DNA from: Antedon mediterranea
Lineage: Eukaryota > Animalia > Echinodermata
Reading direction: 5' to 3'
Assembly: GCF_964355755.1 (NCBI RefSeq)
Contig: NC_092675.1
Location: 2,847,812-2,911,811, forward strand
DNA: 64,000 bases
A program made the position numbers and the translations under genes. The notes below the pieces were generated by a model. The model saw only the letters and a program-made list of their open reading frames with translations. It made no database searches and had not been told where the DNA came from. This document shows positions 39,849-50,404 of this stretch, piece by piece (within the stretch, counting starts at the first letter, position 1; each line of letters begins with the position of its first letter).

Positions 39849-40898
39849 TCACCGTATGTTTATTTTCTTAAAGTTGGATGTGTTTTCCGTTACTATTTTG
39901 TCTTGAACGGTGACATTAACGTTAGCACTGAATGTAATATCGTCCTCTGTAACAACACACATTATATTTAAACCATCATTTAAACCAGCTAATTTCAGTT
40001 TATTAATCTTCAAAACATTTTCAGAGATCAGTTTAAAATGATCATCATCTAATTCCTTAATATCAACACCATCAATGGTCCACGAGAATAAAAAGTCATC
40101 AGTCAGAAAACCAGTCGCAATGCAAGTAAACAGCACAATTTCGCCATGAATAACAGAATTCCCAGTTTGTGTGATGGTGACGTCAGGTGACGCAAGCGGT
40201 ACGTAACTGCAGCCAATAACCATGTTACCTGATGCGTTAGTTTGTGCAACGCATGCAAATGTGTCGCCGTAATGTTCTGGTGAGAGTATTAATTTGTATC
40301 CAACAGAGTTTTTTCTGGTCTTCAGCAGTTGAGCCTCCGAGATGGTTTCCTCGTCTAACACATCAGGATGACGTATCTTAACCCAAGACACAAAGAGTGA
40401 CTTTGATAGAGCTGACGAATTCCAGGAACATCTTAGATTAGCTTTCTTACCGAGTTGAGGTCTTCCATGTTTTGGTTGCTTCGTTCTCAACGAGCAATTA
40501 GGTTTTTGTAAAACAATTAAAGAATATCCGTCGTAAAATATATCTTCCATCCTGGGACCACCATCAGATAACGCACAAACATAATTCGTAGTATCAGCAG
40601 ACGAGATTTTAATATCTAAATTATAAGACATGTTTTCTCGATCGTCTGTTATGTTGTATTTTTCTTTTGCTTGATTTCGAACAACGATTTCCGAACCATT
40701 GCTGATAGTATTTGTATTAGTAGTGGTTTTAACTGTAAACCAAGTTGGCGTTAGACGTGAATACGGTTGTTTAAAGTAAGTGCAATTTAACGTCACTACA
40801 TCTTCTTCAATAACTAATAACTCTACAGATCTCTGACATCCAAAAACAACACAAAAACAACAAGTTAACAGGACCGCTATAAAAACAACGCGGACCAT
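39849..40898 (-). CDS. IgSF cluster gene 1: signal peptide plus V-C-C Ig domains, no TM (predicted secreted), 349 aa
   Basis: Single-exon ORF from ATG 40898 (MVRVVFIAVLLTCCFCVVFG-CQRS). Ig Cys/Trp pattern three times: VTLNC..W..YVCAL; NLRCSW..VSWV..FACVA; LFTC..FSWTIDG..IMCVV. Confidence 0.85.
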   Translation of the reverse strand: MVRVVFIAVLLTCCFCVVFGCQRSVELLVIEEDVVTLNCTYFKQPYSRLTPTWFTVKTTTNTNTISNGSEIVVRNQAKEKYNITDDRENMSYNLDIKISSADTTNYVCALSDGGPRMEDIFYDGYSLIVLQKPNCSLRTKQPKHGRPQLGKKANLRCSWNSSALSKSLFVSWVKIRHPDVLDEETISEAQLLKTRKNSVGYKLILSPEHYGDTFACVAQTNASGNMVIGCSYVPLASPDVTITQTGNSVIHGEIVLFTCIATGFLTDDFLFSWTIDGVDIKELDDDHFKLISENVLKINKLKLAGLNDGLNIMCVVTEDDITFSANVNVTVQDKIVTENTSNFKKINIR

Positions 40899-41522
40899 GA
40901 TTTGTATTTTCCGTCGTTTCTGCAAAGCAATTGCATTCGACAGAAAAACGTTTTAAGTGTTACTACTTGGACGTATGAAAAGCATCTGGCTTGTAACAGC
41001 CTATAACAAAGCAGTGATTGCGCAGGAAATATCATCTTGTTGGTACCAGTTGGTACCAACAGAAAAGTAATAAAGACAACAGGAAACAATGCAACAAGGA
41101 TTTTACAAGACAAATTGCTTTATATGACACAATCATAGGTCTCTGGTAGGCCTATTACTTTTTTTCTTTTCAACATTATATTTTAATCATTATCGTAGCA
41201 AATGTTGCATATCATTTTGATAAAGGTGTAGAGGACGCTGTTTTTACTCTTCTAAACAGTATTTTTACATGAATAAATACAGTCGACTTATTTTTAAACA
41301 AAAGGATGTTATTGTAATCAATATGTATTTAGACATATAGGTAGATTATCGATTTATTGATATAATTCGATTCAAATGGTTATTAACAATCTCTTTTCAA
41401 AAATGTGAATGCACTGTTCATATTATAATTAACATTCTATAATAAATTCAAAGAAACATATATCTGTTTATTTTTCCAATTTGGTTATTTCAGTTTTAGT
41501 ATGATATAAGTGACAGTAATCC

Positions 41523-42542
41523 TTATATTTGTACAGTACCTATTTCTTTATCAGTAACATTTATTTTGGCACTGAATATAATATCGTCCTCTGTAACAAG
41601 ACACTTTATATCCAAACCATCAGCACCTAATTTAAGTTTATTAATCTTCAAAACATTTGTAGAAATCAGTTTAAAGTTATCGTCATCTACCTCCATAATA
41701 TCAACACTATCAATGGTCCACGAGAACACAAAGTCATCAGTCAGAAAACCAGTCGCATTGCACGTAAACAGCACAGCTTCGCCAATAACAGAATCTTCTG
41801 TTTGTGCAATGGTGACGTCAGGTGACGCAAGCGGTACGTAACTGCAGCCAATAACCATATTACTTGATGCGTTAGTTTGCGCAACGCACGCGAAGGCATC
41901 GCCGTAATGTTCTGGTGAGAGTGTTAATTTGTATCCAACAGAGTTTGTTCTGGTCTTCAGCACTTGAGCCACCGAGATGGTTTCCTCATCTAACACATTA
42001 GGATGACGTATCTTAACCCAAGACACAAAGAGTGGCTTTGATAGAGCTGACGCATTCCAAGAACATCTTAGATTAGCTTTCTTACTCAGTTGAGGTCTTC
42101 CACGTCTTGGTTGCTTCGTTTTCAACGAGCAGTTGGGTTTTTGTAAAACAGTTAAAGAATACCCGTCATAAAATAAAAAGTCTTCCATCCTGGGACCACC
42201 ATCAGATAACGCACAAACATAATACGTAGAATCAGCAGACGAGATTTTAATATCTAAATTATAAGACATGTTTTCTCGATCGTCTGTTATGTTGAATTTG
42301 TTTTTTGCTTGATTTCGAAAAACGATTTCCGAACCATTGCTGATAGTATTTGTAGCCATATCGGTATCGATATCGATTGTAATCCAAGTTGGCGTTAGAC
42401 GTGAATACGGTTGTTTAAAGTAAGTGCAATTCAACGTGACTATATCGTCTTCAATAACTAATAGCTCTACAGATCTCTGACATCCAAAAACAACACAAAA
42501 AGAACAAGTTAACAGCACCGCTGTAAAACCATTGCGGACCAT
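41523..42542 (-). CDS. IgSF cluster gene 2: signal peptide plus V-C-C Ig domains, no TM (predicted secreted), 339 aa
   Basis: Single-exon ORF; close paralog of gene 1, including the upstream flank. Confidence 0.85.
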   Translation of the reverse strand: MVRNGFTAVLLTCSFCVVFGCQRSVELLVIEDDIVTLNCTYFKQPYSRLTPTWITIDIDTDMATNTISNGSEIVFRNQAKNKFNITDDRENMSYNLDIKISSADSTYYVCALSDGGPRMEDFLFYDGYSLTVLQKPNCSLKTKQPRRGRPQLSKKANLRCSWNASALSKPLFVSWVKIRHPNVLDEETISVAQVLKTRTNSVGYKLTLSPEHYGDAFACVAQTNASSNMVIGCSYVPLASPDVTIAQTEDSVIGEAVLFTCNATGFLTDDFVFSWTIDSVDIMEVDDDNFKLISTNVLKINKLKLGADGLDIKCLVTEDDIIFSAKINVTDKEIGTVQI

Positions 42543-42870
42543 GATTGGTATTTTCTGTGTTTCTGTAAAGCAATTGCATTCGACAGAAAACGTTTTAAGT
42601 GTTACTACTTGGACGTATGAAAAGCATCTGGCAGTGATTGCGCAGGAAATATCATCTTGTTGGTACCAGTTGGTACCAACAGAAAAGTAATAAAGACTAT
42701 AGGAAACAATGCAACAGGGATTTTAAAAGACAAATTGCTTTATATGACACAATCATAGGTCTCTGGTAGGCCTACTACGTTTTTTCTTTTCAACATTATA
42801 TTTTAAAGCTGTAGAGGACGCTGTTCTCACTCTTATAAACGGTATTATCTATTGTATAAATAAAGTAGAC

Positions 42871-42955
42871 CTACAGCTCACTATGTCGGTCGGTTGGTCG
42901 GTCGGTAAACACTTACTTGAGCACGCAATTGCAGCCATGTATATGGCCTTGTTTT
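42871..42955 (-). mobile_element. HINE-like element copy
   Basis: Reverse complement of most of 39093-39180; absent from the paralogous flank at about 41285. Confidence 0.65.
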
Positions 42956-43149
42956 AAAACAAAAGGATGTTACTGTAAACAATATGTCCTTAGATATATA
43001 GATAGTTCGAATGGTTATTAACAATCTCTTTTCAAAAATGTGAATGCACTGGTTATATTATAATTAACATTCTATAATAAATTCAAAGATATATCTGTTT
43101 ATTTTTCCAATTTGGTTATTTCAGTTTTAGTATGATATAGGAGTAATCC

Positions 43150-43520
43150 TTATACTGTATTTGCTCTCCAATTTTCCGAGTGTACAGTAGCTTTATCAGT
43201 AACATACATTTTGGTACTGAATACAATATTGTCCTCTTTAACAAAACACATTATATTTAAACCACTATCAACTATTTTCTGTTTATCAATCTTCAAAATA
43301 TTGTCAGAGATCAGTTTAAAATGATCATCATCTAATTCTAATAATAATATTAACCCCATCAATGGTCCAAGAGAACACAACGTCATCAGTCAGAACGCCA
43401 GTCGAATTGCACGTAAATAGTACGATTTTATCAATAACAGAACCTTCGGTTTTTGTGATGGTGACGTCAGGTGACGTAAGCGGTACGTAACTGCAGCCAA
43501 TAACCATATTACTTGATGCG
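43150..43520 (-). pseudogene. IgSF cluster locus 3: 5'-truncated fragment (end of domain 2 plus domain 3) with a frameshift
   Basis: ASSNMVIGCSYVPLTSPDVTI..LFTCNSTG..FSWTIDGVNIII, frameshift near 43340, then ELDDDHFKLISDNILKID..IMCFVKED. The upstream part is replaced by a minisatellite. Confidence 0.85.
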
Positions 43521-43543
43521 AAAACAATGATTTAAAAATGCTA

Positions 43544-43846
43544 CACGTTATTACAAAGTCCAACACGTTATTACAAATAATGTGACGCATTATTTCAAAA
43601 TGCGACGCGTTATTACAAAGTGCTATACGTTATTGCAAAGTGCTATACGTTATTACAAAGTGCTATACGTTATTACAAAGTGCTATACGTTATTACAAAG
43701 TGCTATACGTTATTACAAAATTCGACGCGTTATTACAAAATTCGAGGCGTTATTACAAAATTCGAGGCGTTATTACAAAATTCGAGACGTTATTACAGAA
43801 TTCGACGCGTTATTACAGAATTCGACGCGTTAATACAAAGTGCGAC
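43544..43846. repeat. 20-bp minisatellite (CGTTATTACAAAGTGCTATA / CGTTATTACAAAATTCGAGG variants)
   Basis: About 15 tandem units, with two sequence variants in separate blocks. Confidence 0.93.
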
Positions 43847-44690
43847 TGGTGCTATTTTTCGGATTATAAATGTAGGCCTACTAAAGGTTAGGTAAAACAT
43901 GCAGAAATTGTATTCCCTATTAAGGTACAAATTATTATAATAATGAATATCCATACATCCAGTGAATATATCCTACCTCGTCGTCCTATTACAAACCTCG
44001 GACTATTTCTTACACCATCTGTGGTACAAATTGTATACAATAGCAGGTGCGTATATACCACCAATACCGACATCGTACATTAAATGGCAAGTAAGACGAT
44101 AGGTAATATACGTTATTTCTACTAATCTCTAGTACTTTGTATGTTGTGCATATTATATCTAGAGACAGAAAACTCCGTTACGTGACGCATAGTGCACCGA
44201 GGTCACTCGTAGCAATAATACACAATAATAGTACTATTATGGTACATAGGAAATCCTTACTCTACCTAACAGGAAACTAAATCTAATCAAAAGATTACAG
44301 ACATACCTTAAACGTTTTTACGCCGACTTCTAGACTCTCCATGTACAAGTACTAAGTTGCAGGCACTGGTCGTCGCTAAATAGTAACTCGGAAGTAGAGA
44401 CATCACTGCCGATGCGAGAGCATATAAACGTTAATACGGGCCGTGAAAACGAAACGAAGTTGTACTTGTAACGTGTTGTACGTTTAGATGTCAAAGGCCA
44501 CGATTTTAAGTCAGCGAAGCGGATAGGATGTGTTGTCGGGTCGGGACAGCAAATGATAACATATTCAAAGTTTTAGCTAATATCTTTATTACTTCAATTA
44601 CAATGAGTATTACCAACTTTTTATAAAAACGTTAATTTGAATAAACTGTTTGTTAAATTCTATATACAGTACATGTATAGTAACTTGAAA

Positions 44691-44892
44691 AACGTTGATA
44701 TAAGTTTTCGGTACACCACGTATGTTAGTTCTGAAAAGAACTGTTGAGTTTCTCGACGGTTCGATCAATATGCTTTGATCGTCCTCAAGTGTGAGAAGGC
44801 ATTGTCACTCATGAGGACGATCAAAGCAGCTACGTGGTGTACCGTAAACTTTATATCAACATTTGATTTCGCCATGCAAACCTTCAAACAAT
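44691..44892. mobile_element. Second Penelope-like inverted-repeat element with hammerhead-like cores
   Basis: Same arms and tail as the copy at 20290; inner TGCTTTGATCGTCCTCA / TGAGGACGATCAAAGCA inverted pair. Confidence 0.65.
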
Positions 44893-44974
44893 AACATTAT
44901 ATAACTGTTTCAAATATGATTATTATTCAAATATTTAAATCATCGTTATAGTAGACGTTTTAACTAATGTTGGG

Positions 44975-46015
44975 CTATATAACGGTAATATAGTATTCGT
45001 TTTCTAACTGATTGTGCGTATCTGTTTCTTGGTCAGTAGCATATACCTGGGCACTAAATGTAACATTGTCCTCTTTAACATGACACATTATATCTAATCC
45101 ATTATCAACTAATTTCAGTTTATCAATCTTCAAAAGATCGTTAGAGATCAGTTTAAAATGATCGTCATCTAATTCCATAACATCAACGCCATCAATGGTC
45201 CACGAGAACACAAAGTCATTGGTCAGAAAGCCAGTCGCATCGCATGTAAACAGCACATGTTTGCCAGTAATAGAATCTTTTATTTGTGTGATGGTGACGT
45301 CAGGTGACGCAAGCGGTACGTAACTGCAGCCAATGAGCGTGTTGTTTGAGGTTTCAGTTCGCGCAACGCACGCGAAGGCATCCCCGTAATGTTCTGGTGA
45401 GAGTGTTAATTTGCATCCAACAGAGTTTGTTCTTCTTTTCAGGACTTGAGCGTCCATGACTGTCTCCTCATTTACCACACCAGGATGATTTATCTGAACC
45501 CATGACACCGAAAGTGGATTCTGCTTCGACAAAGCTGACGAATCCCAAGAACATCTTAGATTAACCTTCTTACTGCGTTTTCCACGTCTGTTTCGTTTCG
45601 CTTCCATGGAGCAATTTGGTTTTGGGAAAGCAGTTACGGTATAACCATAATATGGAATGTGGTTAGCTATATTACCATCATTTCCTAAGGCACAAACAGC
45701 AAAATCATCTGGATGTACAGAATCAGGCGTGACTTTCAAATCGTACGTCATGTTGTTTCGGTCATCGGTTATGCTGTATTTATCTTTATTTTCAACCAAA
45801 ACGTCAGAGCCATTAGTGATCGTTTTGCCTTGTCCCATACCATGAATTATAAACCAAGTTGGCCATTGATCATCAAGTAGTTTATCGTAGTCACATGATA
45901 ATGTAACTACGTCGTCTTCAAAGGCTAACAGCTCGAAGCTACCTCGTTGACATCCAGAGACAACGCAAGAAGAATAGCTTAACAGTGCCGCTATAAAAAC
46001 AACCCGGGACATCAT
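44975..46015 (-). CDS. IgSF cluster gene 4: signal peptide plus V-C-C Ig domains, no TM (predicted secreted), 346 aa
   Basis: Single-exon ORF from ATG 46015 (MMSRVVFIAALLSYSSCVVSG-CQRG); same three-domain Cys/Trp pattern as genes 1 and 2. Confidence 0.85.
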   Translation of the reverse strand: MMSRVVFIAALLSYSSCVVSGCQRGSFELLAFEDDVVTLSCDYDKLLDDQWPTWFIIHGMGQGKTITNGSDVLVENKDKYSITDDRNNMTYDLKVTPDSVHPDDFAVCALGNDGNIANHIPYYGYTVTAFPKPNCSMEAKRNRRGKRSKKVNLRCSWDSSALSKQNPLSVSWVQINHPGVVNEETVMDAQVLKRRTNSVGCKLTLSPEHYGDAFACVARTETSNNTLIGCSYVPLASPDVTITQIKDSITGKHVLFTCDATGFLTNDFVFSWTIDGVDVMELDDDHFKLISNDLLKIDKLKLVDNGLDIMCHVKEDNVTFSAQVYATDQETDTHNQLENEYYITVI

Positions 46016-46735
46016 GATGGTAGTTTGTGTGAAAGCAGAAGATTCTGAAGTATTCCACAACCTTTTGATTCAGAGTTATTGGGAGAGCTATCTTACCTTG
46101 ACAAATACAAGCGAAGGACTGGCTTCAATAAATATTTTAGACGTATACACATCCTCCTAAGCGGTGTGTTTAGTTGTTAAACTGCTTTGTAAAGAAAGAA
46201 ATATATCGCGCAGGAAATATCGTACTTGTTGGTATCAGTTGGTACCAACAAAATAGTGTTTTACAACCTTCACATGACAATACTACAGGAAGCAATGTAC
46301 CAGGGATAGTACAAAATAAGAAGCATTAGACTCTTTCTTTACAGCTTTGTTATCATTACTGATTCTTATCCTATTAACTATAACTAAAGTACTATACAGC
46401 AGTATAGTAGTAGCACCCCATACACATACAATAAATGTATCTATTTAGGAAGCATACTCATGTTTGGCCTTATGACAGTCTGTGGTCATAATTCTTAAGG
46501 AATTAACATACATGGTGACACAAAATCGACTACTGTATATGGAGAAATAAAGCCTTATTTGGCGTAGCAAAACATATTTTTACATGAAGAAAAAGTTAAG
46601 TATTTCTAAAGAAATGTGCAAATAGTAACGATTTCATTTTTCAATGTTGTTTCTTGTGAAACCATTGGAACAGCTACTTGATTTACATACTGTCTGATCA
46701 GTTGGCATTTGGTTGAGCAGATTTTTGTCTGGTTT

Positions 46736-49700
46736 CTAATTATATAAACGTTTTTTTACAATTACTAGACTAACAATTACTGCACATAACAAAACAAAAC
46801 CTGCAATAGAAATACCAATAATGAGAGAAAGATCTGGTTTCTGTACGTCTTCAAAATCAACAGAAAATTGAGCACCGAATGTTGCATTGCCCTCTGTTAC
46901 AAGACACGTTATATCTGAACCAGTATCAACTAATTCCAATCTATCAATCTGCAAAACATTGTCAGAAATCAGCTTGAAATGATCGTCATCTAATTCCAAA
47001 ACATTAACGTCATCAATGGTCCAAGAGAACACAAAGTCATTGGTCAGAAAGTCAGTCGCATCGCATGTAAACAGGACAATTTCTCCAATAACCAAATCCC
47101 CGGTTTGTGCGATGGTGATGTCAGGTGACGTAAGTGGTACGTAACTACAGCCAATGAGGGTGTTGTTTGACGTTTCAGTTCGCGCAACGCAAGCAAAGGT
47201 ATCACCGTAATGTTCTGACGAGAGTGTTAATTGGTATTCAGAAGCGTCTGTTGCCGTGTTCAGTTTTGGAACTTGCCGTATTGTTTTTTCATCTAACACA
47301 TCAGCACAGCACAGCACAGCTCTATTGCGATATTTCCGATCACCTACCTGTTTTTTCTATATCTACCTTAACATACAAAAATACTCAAGCAGTCAGTAGA
47401 CCTCCAAATAAACCTTTTAGGAAAATTAATGAAAATAACATCAAACAATTTAAACGAGAGCTTAGCGTAATAACATGGAACGATGTGAACTTATTGCAAG
47501 AACCTAATCAAGCTTATAATACTTTTGAAACTAAATTAAAACTTTTATATAATAAACATTTTCCAATGACTACGCAAAGTAAAAAAAACACAAAATTAAA
47601 ACCTTGGATGTCAAATGGTCTGTTGCAATCTACTAAATATAAACACAAGTTATATGCTAAATACCTAAATAATCCTACCAATCATAATAAAATAAAATAC
47701 ACTAAATTCCGTAATACCTTAAATTCACTTATTAAACGTGTTAAAACCGAATACTATCAAAACAGATTCACTCAATGTCAACATGATATTAAAGGTACTT
47801 GGCGCGTAATTAACTCCTTGATTAAAAGGTCTCCGAATTTGAATACGAAAGTTGTTCTAACAGGCAATAATGGTGAATCCATTGAAGACCCGTCTCAAAT
47901 CGCAAATGAATTCAATAAGTTTTTTGTCGAAATTGGACCAACTCTTTCAAAAAATTGCCAACCGATCAATCTTATTTTAAAACGTATTTGCCCTTACCTA
48001 CTTTAAACTCTTTATTTATGTGTCCAGTGTCTGATACAGAAATTATAGATATTGTCAAGTGTTTTAAAACTAATAAAGCGCAAGGACTTGATGAATTCAG
48101 TCCAAAAGTTATTAAACAATCAATTTCCCTTTTGGTTAAACCTCTATGTCACATATTTAATCTGTCTTTAACAAAAGGAGTTTTTCCAAATAAATTGAAA
48201 TTGGCAAGAGTTACTCCCATCTTTAAAGCAGGAAAAAAGGACACTTTATCTAATTACCGACCGATCTCAGTCCTTTCGCTATTTTCTAAAATATTAGAAA
48301 GAATTATCTATAATAGAACCTATGCCTTTATGGAAAAAAATAATATTCTATGCAATAAGCAATTTGGATTTCGCAAACATTTTGATACCGCAATGGCCTT
48401 AATTGATTTGTCCAATGAAATAATAGATGCATTTGAAAATGATGAGTTTGCAATTGGTGTTTTTGTCGATCTATCGAAAGCATTCGATACCATTAACCAT
48501 CCCATTCTTCTTTCAAAACTGTATCACTATGGTATTCGCGGTGTTCCTCTCAATTTATTTAAGAGCTATTTATCCAACCGCTACCAATGTACCAAGTTTT
48601 GTGATTCCCAATCTGACTATTTGCCTATTACCTGTGGAGTACCACAAGGTTCATTACTAGGTCCTCTTCTGTTTCTTTTATATGTGAATGATATTTACAA
48701 TTCGTCAGTATCTTTATCTTACTTTTTATATGCAGATGACACAACACTAATCTGTAAAAATCGACACTTAGAGTCGTTATTTAACACTGTAAATACAAGT
48801 TTAATTAATGTATCCGAATGGTTTCTGGCAAACAGCCTTTCTGTAAATCTAAAAAAGTGCAGCTATGTTTTGTTTAGAAGTAGTACGATGCCGATTAAAT
48901 TAGGTCCATTGCAAATTAAACTAAATGGTTCTGTTCTCCCCATGGTCAATCATGCAAAATTTTTGGATGTATCCATTGATAGTCGTCTGACATGGAAACC
49001 CCATGTTATTGAGACTGAAAACAAAATCTCAAAAAATATTGGTATAATTTGTAGACTGGCATCTTTTCTTCCACATCATATTCTCCGAACACTCTACTGC
49101 TCCCTTGTTTTGCCATATCTTTTATATTGCAATATCGTTTGGTGTAACACATTCCCATCTAATTTAAATAAACTTCAAATACTACAAAAGAAAATCATTC
49201 GAATAATTTCGAATGTTTCACCTAGAACTAGTACAGATCCTTTATTTCGTTCTCTCAAATTATTAAAATTAACAGATATTAATATTTTCCAACAATGTTT
49301 ATTTATTTACAAAAGCCAAAATGCTCTTCTTCCATCTCATTTACGCGATATGTTTTCTCCCAATTATGAATTTCACGGCTATTCCACAAGAATCCTCAAT
49401 AACCTTCATATTCCTAAACATAAAAAGACTTCTTTTCAACATAATATTAGATTTACTGGACCCAAGATATGGAACTCACTTCCTAACAAAATTAGGCCTA
49501 CAACTTCTGCAAACAAACATAGCTTCGTCTTTAACACTAAACAATATCTAATACAAAAGTAAATTAATTAACTAGTTATATTCTAGGTTTCAGTTTTTTA
49601 TTGTTTTCATATTCCGTTATGGTAATTACTTTATTCCTATATACCATTTATTATTATTTACTAATTTGATTTTAGTTACTTTTTGTTTTGTTCAGGCACT

Positions 49701-50404
49701 TTCAACACAAGCTTTTGCTTTTTAGAAATTGTGCCTCCTTCATAATATTGTTTTATTCATGTTAAAGATGAGAAAAAAAAAATTGTATTGTTTTAACTAT
49801 CTTTCTTGTTGTCATGAATTTTGTGTATTATATTTTTTTGTATATTATGAAGGAAATAAATGTTATTATGATGATGATGATGATGAGGATGACGTATCTG
49901 AACCCAAGACACAAAGAGTGTGTTTTGCAAAGCTGATGAATCCCAAGAACATCTTAGATCAACAATTTCACCGCGTTGTGATGTACCACGTCTAGGTTGT
50001 TTCACTTTCAACGAACAGTTCGGTTTTTGTAAAACAGTCAAAGTGTACAAAAACGCATGCTTGGTTGTATCGATAACATCCGATAACGCACATGCGTAAA
50101 TTGATAGACCTGTAGAATCGGTTTTAACATCCAAATTGTACGCCATGTTTTCTCGGTCATCAGTTAAGTCGTATTTATTTTGATCAGCCAAGATTTTAGA
50201 TCCATTAGTGATCATTTCTTCTATGCCGTCTTCAGTAGCTCTAGCCCAATAAGCTACCGTTAAATTTAGTTTCTCAGTGTAGCTACAATTTAACGTGACT
50301 ACATCTCCTACGATGGCTAACAGGTCTCCGGATCGTTGGCATCCAAAAACTACACAAGCATAATAAGATGACAGCATCGCAATCAAAACAACACGGGACA
50401 TCAT
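46736..50404 (-). pseudogene. IgSF cluster gene 5: membrane form split by a LINE insertion
   Basis: Joining 50404-49888 (MMSRVVLIAML..WVQIRH) to 47304-46736 (PDVLDEKTI..TM LIIGISIAGFVLLCAVIVSLVIV-KKRLYN*) restores an in-frame 361-aa ORF matching the paralogs' IRHPDVLDE. Confidence 0.9.
47305..49887 (+). mobile_element. 5'-truncated non-LTR retrotransposon (CR1/L2/Crack group), ORF2 from the end of the endonuclease through reverse transcriptase
   Basis: ISDHLPVF (APE C-terminus), KPWMS, YRPISVLSLFSKILE, QFGFR, DLSKAFDTINH, GVPQGSLLGPLLFLLYVND, YADDTT. One frameshift near 47950, stop at 49562, 3' UTR ending AAATAAA..(ATG)n; no clear TSD. Confidence 0.93.

Noticed and set aside
40515-40590. TCR-like rearranging V segments (YVCALSD resembles TCR-alpha CALS)
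   Set aside because: The V domain is fused in frame to the downstream domains; I saw no RSS heptamer/nonamer at the V ends and no FGxG J motif.
43582-43895. Three overlapping repetitive ORFs
   Set aside because: Products of the 20-bp minisatellite.
49793-49890. Poly-His metal-binding tail on the 203-aa ORF
   Set aside because: It is the antisense (ATG)n tail of the inserted LINE, not an evolved domain.
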